Assembly: GCF_001194135.2 (NCBI RefSeq)
Contig: NC_068993.1
Location: 49,870,699-49,934,698, forward strand
Direction of reading: 5' to 3'
DNA length: 64,000 nt
Origin: Octopus bimaculoides
Taxonomy: Eukaryota
The position numbers were made by a program, and so were the translations under genes. The notes beneath the pieces were generated by a model. It ran no database searches, was not told where the DNA came from, and worked only from the letters and a program-made list of their open reading frames with translations. This document shows, one piece after another, positions 25,721-38,426 of this stretch; within the stretch, counting starts at the first letter, position 1, and every line of letters starts with the position of its first letter.

Positions 25721-25865
25721 GAGGCGCAGGAGTGGCTGTGTGGTAAGTAGCTGGGTTCAGTCCCACTGCGTGGCACCTTGGGCAAGTATCTTCTACTATA
25801 GTCTCAGGCCGACCAAAGCCTTGTGAGTGGATTTGGTAGACAGAAACTGAAAGAAGCCCGTCGTA

Positions 25866-25904
<39 letters not shown>

Positions 25905-26110
25905 TTGTGTGTCTGTTTGTCCCCTACCATTGCTTGACAACCGATGCTGGTGTGTTTACGTCCCTGTAACTTAGCGGTTCAGCAAAAGAGACCGATAGAA
26001 TAAGTACTAGGCTTACAGAGAATAAGTCCTGGGGTCGATTTGTTCGACTGAAGGCGTTGCTCCAGCATGGCCGCAGTCAAATGACTGAAACAAGTAAAAG
26101 AGTAAAGAGT
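25721..26110 (+). mobile_element. SINE family B (CORE-like), young copy, 22-nt deletion in tRNA head
   Basis: A box TGGCTGTGTGG, B box GGTTCAGTCCC, GCACCTTGGGCAAGT (resembles CORE-SINE domain), internal (TA)n, tail GACTGAAACAAGTAAAAGAG. Confidence 0.93.
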
Positions 26111-26696
26111 ATATAATGTCGTTATGATGAGCAATGTTTCAAATTATCCTTGTGAATCTCTTTCATAAGTTTCATTCTTGTAGGTTAAGCTTAAGTTAAA
26201 TGTCTTCTTGGAGGAAGATAAAAAAAAATGATAAATGCTTTAGAATAAATAAGAAAAGAAATGAAAACAAATATTTATTTTCCCTCTCTCCAGACATAGT
26301 GAGAAAAACTATCCTTTTAACTAGGAAGGGACAATGCTTATATAATCAAATAAAATCTAACCAGATGTTTGTAGATCTTGTGTTATATATCTAACTGACA
26401 GTAATGAAGAATTTATCCAAGCATCTCTTTAATAGCTCCACTCCACCTCTTGGAAACCTGATTTTTTATTTTTTTATTTTAATTATCTACCTACTTTTGA
26501 CACACACTTATTTGAAAGTCTTTTACAACCTTCTGAAGCATTTACGTGATTAGTTTTTAATTAAACGCCAGTTAATTTTATACATTTATTCACACAAACA
26601 CATAACCCACATGTGGGCTACAGTCTCTCACAAACATCCAACTACCTTCATATAACACACATACACAAACATACACCATATGTGTGTGTGTGCATG

Positions 26697-26733
<37 letters not shown>

Positions 26734-26743
26734 NNNNNNNNNN

Positions 26744-26779
<36 letters not shown>

Positions 26780-27639
26780 ACACACATTTGCAAACTTATA
26801 TACACACATTTATTGCAGCTTAAACACTTATACATACATTTTTTCATAGTAGCTCCAATATTCGTGCACACACGCACACTAATGCCTATCAACTTAATAT
26901 TCTGCTGTTCAAAATTCAACTTCTTTCCCAGTCTGTCATACCAAACTATTTTACATTTTTATTTGCAATTAATCTCTTCTTTAGTTATTCATCCATCAGT
27001 TCCTATACCTGTTAAGTAACAGACAAAGCTCTTTATCATATTTGGCTTTGTCCCATAATATGTTCTGTGTTCAAGTCCCATTCAGGCTTGCTTTCATTCT
27101 TCAAACTGAACCTAAGACCACATATTTGGAAAACAAGCTTCTTAAGCAAATAACCACACCTGCATCTATGCTGAAGTCAAGTATAATATATTTAATAAGC
27201 ATATATATATATATATATATATTTTTTTTTTTTTGCTGTCAGATTATAACCTATAGGGAAACTCCTGGAGTTTTGAGTGCATATGTGTGCATTTCTGTGT
27301 GTGGGTGTGGGTGCATGTATGTGCATGTGTGTGTGATTGTGTGTGTATGTACAAATCTATATATAATATTGCATTTGTTGACTTAGTGACCCCTTAGTAT
27401 ATGTTCACATGCTTAGCAATCAAGGTGTGGAATAAAAAATGTATGTGTAGTTAAATAAACTTTTACTGGTTATTCAACACTGGTAGACAAGAAAAGAACA
27501 CTTCAGCTTTGAAGAGTGGGCTTGGATTGAAAGATCTGGATATATAAACATAGTAAAAACTGATGTGAAGAACTGTTTAGAAGCTGGTGCTTCTGTAGTG
27601 TGTCAATCAAAACTTCTCTTGTGTTGGAGTGGTTAATGC

Positions 27640-28265
27640 TATGATCTGCTGTGGACTGCTTAGATCTTCCATTCTGCTTGAAATAGCAGCAAAATCTCTT
27701 GGAAATCAAATGCTATTATCTTTTTACCATTTATCATTTCCTTGTGTCAGTCATGAGACTGTGGTCATGTTGAGGCACCAACTTGAAGAATTTTTAGAGG
27801 AATGAATGCCCCATCACAACCCATCTTTTTTTTTTTTAAGCCTGGTATTTATTCTATTGGTCTGTTTTGCTGAACTGCTAAGTTACAGAGACAAACACAG
27901 ACACAAAGGGGACACACATAAACACATAGCTGTATGTATATATGCATATATGACAGGTTTCTTTCAATATCCATCTACCAAATTCACTCACAGGGCTTTG
28001 GGTGGCCTGAGATTATAGTAGAAAACAACTGCCCCAGGTGCCACACAGTGGAACTTAACCCTGAACTATGTTGTTGGGAAGCAAGGTTGTTACCACACAG
28101 CCATGTGTTTCTACTGTTTAAAAAAAAAAAAAGATGAAGGTCACATTCAATAACATTGTCCTAGCCACACTGTGCCTGAATGAAAGATGGGATAATCATA
28201 GATGAAGCATCTTTGATATGTGTTAGCTCCAGTATTGACTGATCTGTAACTAAACTACAACAATG
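27640..28265 (+). mobile_element. SINE family E interrupted by a family B copy (27735-28105, minus strand)
   Basis: E 5' part TTGAAATAGCAGCAAAATCT at about 27678; E 3' part from about 28110 to (ACA)n at 28265; B copy between them. Confidence 0.65.
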
Positions 28266-28538
28266 ACAATTACTTCTGAATGTAGAGCAAGATTTCAGAA
28301 GTTATTGAGAGGAGGCAGGGCATTCTGTATACCTTTATAGGTCTTTCCAAATTGGTGAACTTCGTCATGCACAGTTTGAATGTTTGTAAAACAATGCTTG
28401 TAAATAAAGCATGTGTGGAGAAAGGAAAGGTCTAGATGTGGTTTGAAGAAATGTAAGAAATTGCAACCTACTATGTACTAGGCTTTATAAAAACTTATGT
28501 GAGAGTTTGATCCTGGATGATAATGAAACAGTAATATT

Positions 28539-28722
28539 CTACCCCTTTTATGTGCAAACCAGCCAGATCTGGCCTCTCCTACTTGCTGGACAATGTCATT
28601 CTAAAAATAGATAATCATATTATCGAAATTTTGAAGCTACGAGATAATGCAGGATTAACTCAAAACTATGTGGATAAATAAGTTTTACACTTGAACGAGT
28701 AATCCGAGTACTAAAGGGTTAA
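28539..28722. mobile_element. Putative MITE with (TTAA)CCCTT-type ends, piggyBac-like
   Basis: Right end AAAGGGTTAA (28713-28722); degenerate left end CTACCCCTTT. Confidence 0.5.
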
Positions 28723-30582
28723 AGATCACAGATAGGATATCCAGATGATATCTATGGATATGGGGAGCACACAGGATTTAAATAGATAATGCATGCTGGG
28801 TAATACAAGTTTTTGTCAAAATTGAAAGTAGTTGAAAACATGCTCGTAGTTTGTGGTATAACAAGGAATGAATATCTTGGAATCTGAAATAGTTTGATCA
28901 AACTTGAGAACACTAGACTTAGCTAATCCAAACCCATTGTAAATCCATCCTGTGCAGGAAATCCGCAATGTTAAAATTATGATGGCTATAAATCTGTCGC
29001 ACACATACATTCATAAAAAACTCACACACTTTCATGCACAAATCACATTCACATGTATGGATTTAGAGTTTAGATACAATCATTCAATGAAACATTATTT
29101 CAGCCAACCAATTTTATAACATTTTTTGTCAGTTTATTTTCTTTTAATATATATATATATATATATATACATTTTTCTCTTTTTTTTTTTTGTAGAAACA
29201 CAAAAATGTTGTCCCTTCTCAGGGAGTGTGTATTTAATGGAATGGATTTTATCCCCTTTCCTAACACACTTGTGTTTGTTTCTCCCGAGACAGTTCCTAC
29301 ATCCCACACACACTGTCTTTACCTCATTTTTTAATTAACCTTTTAGAGATGTCTGTATAGTGATGGTGGAGATGATGTTTCAGTAACAACAACGACAACA
29401 ACAACAACCATAGCAACAACAAATAACCGATATATAAAAGATTTAGAAACAAATCATAAAAACCAGAACAATAAAAAACAATAATGAATGTAAATAGTGT
29501 GGATACCCATATCATATTTGTCTAACATTTTATTATTTTTCTTTCTCATTTTGCTTTCAAGATGAGTTTGAAGTCCACTCCTTTTACACATACGCACACA
29601 CTCAGACAAACACAGCAAGCTTGCATTTACATACATGCGTACTACACACACACACACACACACACATAAACATAGCAACACTCTCCTATACATACACATA
29701 TAATATACAGACATACATACATACACACACATGTACATATATATATACATACACACATATATATACACACACATATATATATATACAATGATGATGTATA
29801 TATGTATATATAATGAAAGTATACACTCATACACACATGTACATATATACCAGTATATGCACATTTACATAGACACACTAGTATACATACACGCATGCTT
29901 GTACATACACATTCATGAATAATATACATTTCTCTATGAATAATATGTACACAGTGTATTAATACATACACACACACACACGCGCGATTGTACATTCAAT
30001 TCCTCATACGCATTAGTTTATTGAACATGGCAGAGCATTGTAGGGCGGGTGTTAACAAGGAGGGAGGTCTCTGTGGCTGGTTGTGGCATCGTTGATGCTT
30101 GGTTCCCTTGCTATATAGTGTTTCATTTGCCTGGTTAGTGACTGGACCAAGATATATTAAGTCCACTGCTTGCTTTTGCTGTCTTCTGTTTACACTAGTA
30201 ATTAGGTTTTATTCTCCATGTAATACTATATTGGCTGGCTTATCCCACGACCAGCAGTGGGGGCTTACAGCTGGAGAAATCCCATACCACTCCTTCTTAG
30301 CTCAGATCAGCTCTTTTATGGAGTGGCTGTTTTAATTTTTTCTTCTTTTTTATTATATATATATGTGTATGTATGTATGTATGTATGTATGTATGTACAT
30401 GTGTATATGTAATATGCAGTTATGTATGTGCGTACATATTTATGTATGTGTGTACACAAACACACATACACACACATATGCATACACACTCACACATATG
30501 CATACACACTCACACATATCTATTAAATATATATATACACATTTTTTATATATGTGTGTGTCTATGAGTATATATATATATT

Positions 30583-30621
<39 letters not shown>

Positions 30622-30656
30622 ATGCATGTGCATATATGTATACCTATATCTATCTA

Positions 30657-30687
<31 letters not shown>

Positions 30688-30781
30688 CTCTGTATGTATG
30701 CCTATATCTATCTATCTGTCTATCTATCTATCTATCTATCTATCCATCTATATAATCTATATACATGTATATATATGTGTG

Positions 30782-30817
<36 letters not shown>

Positions 30818-31409
30818 AAAGAAAGGAAGGAGATTACTTTTTTTTTTAATTATTGGGTTTTTTTTTCTTTTTAGGAAACAGGTTGTTTTAATAACAACTA
30901 CAACAACAATGTTCAATAATTAATTTCTTCCCCTTTTCTTTTTAGATATTCATTTTCTTCTTTTTCTTCTTCTTCTTTAGCAGTTCTTTTTTTTTCTACT
31001 TTTTAATACACCAAATGGTGGGTGTGGGTAGTTTTTTTGGTAGTGTTGAACATCTCAGATTTCAACCAAGTCCAAAGACTTGGAACTAAAGGTGCTAAAC
31101 TTTTATTTTTCTAATGAAAATAACTTTGAATTGGTGGGAAAAGGAGCGAATAGTAAATATTGATTGATTGCTAATTTCTGTATTATGTTTCGTTTTTTCG
31201 TGTTTTATAGCTGCTCTGAAGTTTTGTTCCGTTCATATTGTTATTACTGTTGTTGTTGTTCTTGGTTACTCTTAGTTTGTTCTTGGCATTGCAGAATTGA
31301 TTGCTTACTGTGTTTATCCAAAAGACTTGTTGAAATCATTTTAATCTTAGCCTCCCGGGAGTGTGGAGGGATAATTTCCGTGACACTAAGCATTGTCTCA
31401 AAATCAGCA

Positions 31410-31650
31410 ACATCATCATCATCATCACTACCACCAACATCATCATCATCATCATCATCACTACCACCACTACCACCATCATCATCACCATTATCCCCAT
31501 ATTCACCATTGCCATGCTTTTATGCTGTGTTCTTTATTCTGACATGGGTTTAAGATTGAAAAGAAATTCATATTTACTGTTCAAATATCATCATCAGCAT
31601 CATCATCATCATCATCATCATTATCTTCATCATCAACATCATCATTCTTA
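31410..31650. repeat. (CAT)n / (CAC)n trinucleotide microsatellites
   Basis: Direct inspection; source of the poly-His/Ile ORF 31361-31972. Confidence 0.9.
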
Positions 31651-31921
31651 TCAGCGTCAGCAATTTGTTACAACAGCTTTATTATCAGTTCAGTTTCATG
31701 ATGCTATTTGCGCTGCACTTGTCGGTTGCACAATGGCATATTTTTTTTTTTTTTTTGGTATTCCTTATTCTGTAGTCATCGCATTATTGAAAAACAGACT
31801 TTTTGAAGGTGCATTTTATTTTCTCCAAGTTTTTCTGACACTTCCCGACCCTTCCACCCTCTCCATTCCTTCCACCCTCACCATCCTCCCTCTTTCTCTT
31901 TCTTTTTATGTGTGTGTATGT

Positions 31922-31952
<31 letters not shown>

Positions 31953-32290
31953 TATATTTCATGTTATATTAAGAAGAGGTACGTGGTACCAGAATTTTTG
32001 ACTCGAGTCAACTATAACAAACAACTCTAAAACGTTATTAGAATATCTGCATAAGTGGAGTCAACATTGATTAGTTTGGTTTGTACTGGCATTGAGTCAT
32101 ATTAGTTGTAATAATGAAGTCACATAAAATATCACTATTTGGTCTGACTTCCTTATTACAAATGTGTGTGTGTGTGAGTGTGTGTGTGTGTGTGTGTGTG
32201 AGAAATGCATGAAAGTCAAATTGCCAATATTGTAACAATTACACTACCCACACAGATGATTTGTTTTCTGTGGTGACGGCTTATTCTTTT

Positions 32291-32501
32291 TTACTCTCTT
32301 TTATTTGTTTCAGTCATTTGACTGCGGCCATGCTGGAGCACTGCCTTTAGTCGAGCAAATCGACCCCGGGACTTATTCTTTGTAAGCCTAATACTTATTC
32401 TATCGGTCTCTTTTGCCGAACCGCTAAGTTACAGGGACATAAACACACCAGCATCGGTTGTCAAGCAATGCTAGGGGGGACAAACACAAACACACAAACA
32501 T

Positions 32502-32534
<33 letters not shown>

Positions 32535-32699
32535 CGACGGGCTTCTTTCAGTTTCCGTCTACCAAATCCACTCACAAGGCTTTGGTCGGCCCGAGGCTAT
32601 AGTTGAAGACACTTGCCCAAGATGCCACGCAGTGGGACTGAACCCGGAACCATGTGGTTCGTAAGCAAGCTACTTATCACACAGCCACTCCTGTGCCTA
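32291..32699 (-). mobile_element. SINE family B, full-length young copy
   Basis: Head TAGGCACAGGAGTGGCTGTGTGATAAGTAGCTTGCTTACGAACCACATGGTTCCGGGTTCAGTCCC; CpG-rich; internal (TA)/(CA) tract. Confidence 0.95.
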
Positions 32700-32784
32700 T
32701 TCACACAGCCACCCCTGCAGGACCAGCCACACTTTTGGGAAGTGCAAATAGCAGAAAGTTGGTACTAATGTTTGTCAGAAATAA

Positions 32785-32960
32785 GATGGTAAGCTGGCAG
32801 AATCATTGGCACAGCAGGCAAAATCCTTAGTGGCATTTAGTCTGTCTTAATGTTCTGAGTTCAAATTCCACTGAGGTCACCTTTGCCTTTCATCCCTTTG
32901 GGGATCGAAGAAATAAGTAATAGTTGAGCATTGAGATTAGTGTAATTGACTAAATATAGA
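32785..32960 (+). mobile_element. SINE family C (core resembles Deu/Nin domain)
   Basis: GGTAAGCTGGCAGAATC...TTCTGAGTTCAAATTCCACTGAGGTCACCTTTGCCTTTCATCCCTTTGGGGATCGAAGAAATAAGTA; the GCCTTTCATCC...GGTCGATAAA.T.AGTAC pattern is what I recall for Deu/Nin SINE cores. Confidence 0.75.
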
Positions 32961-33374
32961 TGGTCTTGATTGAAATGTCTTTGTTCCTTAGTGCACTTCT
33001 TCAGGTCTGGCCTTGGACTATATAAAAGCAAGAATTTCATCCTTAATATGATATAATATTACTATCTTTATGTGTTCCTTTAAGTGTTTCATGTTTGTTA
33101 TGTGCTTCTATTTTTAACGTCCATCTTCATACATAAACTGAATCCCTTTTTTATATTTCATGGATAACAGGAAGGCTGCTGCTTCAGCATCTCTGTAATG
33201 CAGTTTTCACAACAGACAACCTGTCTGATCCCTAATATAAAGCAGGTTAAACAATAAATAAACCACATAGTGATTTACTCCAAAGAGTACATAGACAATA
33301 TTTGATTCATCTCATCTCTTTCAAATAGCTTTATAATGATATGCTAAATAAATTTGATATTCTGATTATATTTA

Positions 33375-33766
33375 ACTGGTTGTGTGGTTTAGAAGTTTGC
33401 TTCCTAATACTATATGGTTACAGATTCAGTCTTACCACATAGGATTTTGAACAAGTGTCTTCTACTATAGCCCTGGACTGACCAATGCTTAGTGAGTGGA
33501 ATTTAGTAGACAGAAAGCAAAAGAAGTCCATTGTGTGTGTGTGTATGAGATGGGGTTACTTGTCTTGACATTGTGAGATTGTTGTAAATGAACATTATTA
33601 ATTTCCAATATTCTGCATAAGCATGTCTGGCCATAGAGAAGTATTACTTAATGTGGAAACGAGTAACAGTTGGTGAGTTGGTGATAGGAAAGGCATCTTG
33701 AAAATTTTCCTTACTCAACTTTGTTTGATCCATGGAAAAGTGGATGTTAAAATAATAATGATAATG
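33375..33766 (+). mobile_element. Chimeric SINE: family B head plus family D-type tail
   Basis: 5' part TGGTTGTGTGG...AACAAGTGTCTTCTACTATAGCC (B); 3' part TTGGTGATAGGAAAGGCATC...CATGGAAAAGTGGATGTTAAAATAATAATGAT (D). Confidence 0.7.
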
Positions 33767-33839
33767 AGTTGGCACAAAGATAAAGAACAGGTTGATTTCT
33801 TACATAGGCACATTTTTAGTGGAAGACATAATCAGCCCA

Positions 33840-33960
33840 GTCAACACCAGTGACTTCTTTGTACTTATTTTATCCTCCCAGGATCAATGAAAGGTAAAAT
33901 TGATTATTGTGCAATTAGAACCCAAAAAGTAGAAGGATGAAATTATGCTGTAAATTATTT
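33840..33960 (-). mobile_element. SINE family C fragment
   Basis: GTACTTATTTTATC...ATGAAAGGTAAAATTGA is the reverse complement of the core. Confidence 0.5.
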
Positions 33961-34091
33961 GGATTGGTAATTTACCATTTCCTTCAGTCTTTGATCTACT
34001 AAAATATTATAATTGTCAGCAACAGACTTGACAATCAATTGGTAATGTATACAAGTGTACACTTCTTCTGCCCTTAATCCTGCCCCTTCAT

Positions 34092-34323
34092 TTAACCCTT
34101 ATGATTCCAACTTACCTGTGACTACCCTTACTTCTATGGCACAAATTTCTTGTTTCAAGCGATTTAAATGAAAATATTCCATCAAAATTTCTTTGATAAT
34201 TTATGTTCCCAAAACCAGCTTAATAAATGACAAAGTTATTTTACTAATTTTTTTTCATTATTCTAAAAATGAATTGAAACAAAGTTAACATATTTCAAGA
34301 GAGATATAGTTACTAAAGGGTTA
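34092..34323. mobile_element. Putative piggyBac-like MITE
   Basis: Ends TTAACCCTT (34092) and AAAGGGTTA (34315-34323); interior homologous to 38427-38643. Confidence 0.7.
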
Positions 34324-34334
34324 GTGCTTCAACT

Positions 34335-34870
34335 TCTTGGAATACTGCTTCCCCATCTGACACAGTATTGTTGCTATATAAACAAAAAGCCTACATCGCA
34401 CCAAAAGAAAACCATGTAACTGACTGACTAAAATTCCCTCACCAATATACAACAGGCTGCAACCCAAAAACATGCTATCTCTGCATTCCACCACAACCAC
34501 CATGCTTTCTGCTCTATAAAATAGACTAGTTGCTTACAAATTCACCCCAGGACCATCCTGTACTGTCTGACTACAGACCCTTGTTCTGGTCAGTATGTCC
34601 GATATTTTCTTTCCACTCGCATCTTTCCTGCTGACATAAACTGACATACATCTAAATTAATCAACAAAACCTTCTACAGTCTGGAAGGACTTGCAGAGGC
34701 CATGAGCTCTTATCCTTCTCCCAGAATAAATCATAATAAAAAGAGAGAAAAGACAATGTCAAAACTTGAACTAAGGAACTCCTGGACCCAGTATCTATGC
34801 TCTCCCTCCCATTAAAGTATTGATATATGTGAAAAGGGCAGCTCTCCGAAAAGAAAGGCATCATTTATAA
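34335..34870 (+). mobile_element. CR1/L2-type LINE 3' remnant, highly degraded
   Basis: LEYCFPI*HSIVAI*TKSLHRTKRKPCN resembles LEYCS.IW.......LDRIQ.KA.R; the rest is assigned by continuity only. Confidence 0.45.
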
Positions 34871-35199
34871 ACTATAGTTTGCATATCTTGTTATATGAAA
34901 ACTTACTTATTCAGTTTATAATTATTGTTAGCCATTTCTTTTCTTTGGGTCTATTTGTCCCCCTTACTTTTAAACCTATTTCATTGGTAAAACTTTTCAA
35001 TACTTACGTTCTTAATTTTATTACAAACTATAATCTAATTGTATTTAATGGGACATTCTTCCAGCCTTAGGAAGCATTTCACTTACTTAATGGAAGAAAC
35101 CTCAAACAGTGTGTGTGTATATTTATTTATGTATACATACATACATACATATATATATATGCATTTATGTATACATGTATGTTTGTATGTATGTATATG

Positions 35200-35230
<31 letters not shown>

Positions 35231-37257
35231 GTATATATATATGTATATATATATGTATATATATATATATATGTATATATATATGTATATATATATATAT
35301 ATGTATATATATNNNNNNNNNNNNNNNNNNNNNNNNNNNNNNNNNNNNNNNNNNNNNNNNNNNNNNNNNNNNNNNNNNNNNNNNNNNNNNNNNNNNNNNN
35401 NNNNNNNNNNNNNNNNNNNNNNNNNNNNNNNNNNNNNNNNNNNNNNNNNNNNNNNNNNNNNNNNNNNNNNNNNNNNNNNNNNNNNNNNNNNNNNNNNNNN
35501 NNNNNNNNNNNNNNNNNNNNNNNNNNNNNNNNNNNNNNNNNNNNNNNNNNNNNNNNNNNNNNNNNNNNNNNNNNNNNNNNNNNNNNNNNNNNNNNNNNNN
35601 NNNNNNNNNNNNNNNNNNNNNNNNNNNNNNNNNNNNNNNNNNNNNNNNNNNNNNNNNNNNNNNNNNNNNNNNNNNNNNNNNNNNNNNNNNNNNNNNNNNN
35701 NNNNNNNNNNNNNNNNNNNNNNNNNNNNNNNNNNNNNNNNNNNNNNNNNNNNNNNNNNNNNNNNNNNNNNNNNNNNNNNNNNNNNNNNNNNNNNNNNNNN
35801 NNNNNNNNNNNNNNNNNNNNNNNNNNNNNNNNNNNNNNNNNNNNNNNNNNNNNNNNNNNNNNNNNNNNNNNNNNNNNNNNNNNNNNNNNNNNNNNNNNNN
35901 NNNNNNNNNNNNNNNNNNNNNNNNNNNNNNNNNNNNNNNNNNNNNNNNNNNNNNNNNNNNNNNNNNNNNNNNNNNNNNNNNNNNNNNNNNNNNNNNNNNN
36001 NNNNNNNNNNNNNNNNNNNNNNNNNNNNNNNNNNNNNNNNNNNNNNNNNNNNNNNNNNNNNNNNNNNNNNNNNNNNNNNNNNNNNNNNNTGGTGAGCTGT
36101 CAGGTTTATTCATCTTCCTTTTTCCTTTCTTTTCCTTCTCTTTCTCACACTGCATTTTTTTTTTTTTTTGTTTTCTTTTCTTTTGCCTCAAACAAAAGCT
36201 TCACACTTGCAAAGCGTCTTGCAGGAAGTACAAACAAAAAGCCACGATTCCATTAAGCCTACAATGTATAATTAATTTGAAGAGAGAATGTACATGAGAT
36301 TAATGCTTCATGATATTGCTAAGCAGTATCATTTTGGTTGCATATAGAGAATTGTCTCTGCTGTAGCCACTGTCTTCTTGTATTGTACACACACTAACTG
36401 CTAAACATGTTACATTTTCTGCCACTTCAGCCCCTCTCTCTCTCCCCAACTCACAGTGTTTATAACTTCATACTTGTGACAGGCAAACACTATTTAAACC
36501 TCCCATAAGGCGTGTAAAAAGACTTCAGCAAATCATGAAAGGCGGTGAATCGGTGGAGTATAAGCAATATATACAGCAGGCTGATTTAAGTGTTTAAAGC
36601 TAGTCTGAGATTAACCAAATTATCATATGTACTTCAAGAATGTTCTCTTAATTTAATTGGAAGAACAAAGAAGCCTTTAGATTCTTTAGAATTGAATTAT
36701 TCTACAGAAAAAAGAGAAAGAAATAATACAGTTTGTGTGTCTTTCAAACCATTTTCTTGACAGGTCTTAAATAAATTCTGTCACTTCTAATTTTAAATAG
36801 AATACATAGATTCATTTCAAATTTTCAGAAGAAAATTTATTTCTCTATTCTTCTACTAAAGCAATTTTTCTTTTTAGATTTAAACTTAGTTATGACTGTT
36901 ATGGTTTTGAGTTCAAGTTCTGGTCGCTTTATTTCACTTTCCAGCCATCTTCTTTTATGATTATATATCTATTTTTCTATGAAAGCTAAACACTGCTGAT
37001 TGTGAGTCGTGTTTCTTTTTAATATTACATGTGAATTTTCACAAGTATTTATATAAGTCCATATGCTTCTTGGTGTTAAATTATTATGAGATCACAACAC
37101 CTGATTTATAGCTTGGTAGTCCAATGTAAATAATCGTTCTTTGTCTAGAAGCAGTATATAGCAACAGTACAGTGGCTATTTCAACCGCAGTCAATTATGT
37201 AAACCTTACAGCCATTATAAATACAAAGCAATGACATAACAAAATTGTTCTGAGTAA

Positions 37258-37420
37258 CAAGGATGGCTGCGTAGTTAGGTAAAATTTACTGTGTGATCAC
37301 ATGGCTCTTGGTTCAATCCTACTGTGTGGTACTTTGGAAAAGTATCTCCAATCATAGCCTCATGTTGATAACCCAATGACTGAAATAGAGTAGATGTAAA
37401 GTGTATGAAAGCCCATCATA
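37258..37420 (+). mobile_element. SINE family B 5' half, degraded
   Basis: GGATGGCTGCGTAG...CACATGGCTCTTGGTTCAATCCTACTGTGTGGTACTTTGGAAAAGT. Confidence 0.65.
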
Positions 37421-37624
37421 TGGAATATATCTAGTTTAAATGCCAGTGCCACCTTTCAGGCATTTAGGATAACTTTTTGGTTTAAGGCTAATTCAGCATC
37501 ATTACATGTTGCTTCCAGTTACAGGACAATAGCATTCTCCACTGCTGCATCTCAGTTCTTGACATCCTCGGTCATCCTTAAACATCTCTGCTCCATCCCC
37601 CTCTGACATTCTGGTTATTCGCAT

Positions 37625-38000
37625 CCCAGGTATGCATATTCTGGGCAACTCCTCAAACAAAACTCAATTTGTCTTCAGGAGCATTACATGCAATTAATGA
37701 TTTAAGGGTATTTATTGATACTCCTGTCGAATAATAATCCCTCTTTGGCAGTCACTTATCTTCTTTGTGGCCACAGCTTCCTCTTTCTGCAACACATTGA
37801 TTAATTTCTCAATAGAAGAGTGTTGACAAGTAATTGAATTGTGGATAGCATTACACTACAACTCTAAACTACTGTTAGTTCACAGCAGGACATTCGTTAT
37901 TTTGTTATGGACATTCCAAGATGCTATGGAAAAGATTACGACAATCTTGTGCTTACTTCCTCTACATCTTTTTTTGGCCAGTATATATAACTTCATACAA
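37625..38000 (-). mobile_element. Mutator/MULE transposase C-terminal fragment
   Basis: FSIASWNVHNKITNVLL*TNSSLEL*CNAIHNSITCQHSSIEKLINVLQKEEA matches the MULE motif FP...WNV.......RTNN..E.WH........HP.IWK.I..L.KEE. Confidence 0.75.
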
Positions 38001-38426
38001 TTAAACCTTGGGAGAAGCATTATGCCGGTAATAAACACACGCACTGGTTCAGTCCTTTATTAATTTATAAACAGTATTTAGTTTTTTTTTGTTAAATCAT
38101 TTCATTGCACTCTTGCAATCTCTTCAGTAACTTGTCTCTCCACTTCCATTTATTTTGAATGTTTAATTGTATTTCTTTCAACACATGTATCCACATCAAG
38201 AATCTTGTACACAAAATACACATACGAAATATAACTTCATAGTTTTCAATGAATTTAGGAGATATGTCATGATCGTCACTCAGATCAAAATGCTTGCTAC
38301 CCCATAATTTACTTGGAAGGAAAACTTACATAGAGAAACATCTTATTTTTAAATAGAATTATTGCTCTCCATTATACTTTAACCTTAAACTGATACCACA
38401 TTGCTGTGCTCTTCCATGTTCCTAGT

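Noticed and set aside
30040-30335. Unique, moderately GC-rich segment with ORFs on both strands
   Set aside because: No recognisable motif or consistent splice signals; possibly an old TE, but unsupported.
31164-31972. 129-aa and 203-aa ORFs with poly-Cys/Ser/His
   Set aside because: Built on (GTT)n and (CAT)n repeats; no domain.
36090-36105. Donor-like G|GTGAGC right after a gap
   Set aside because: GGTGAGCTGTCAG matches the SINE-C head GGTGAGCTGGCAG.
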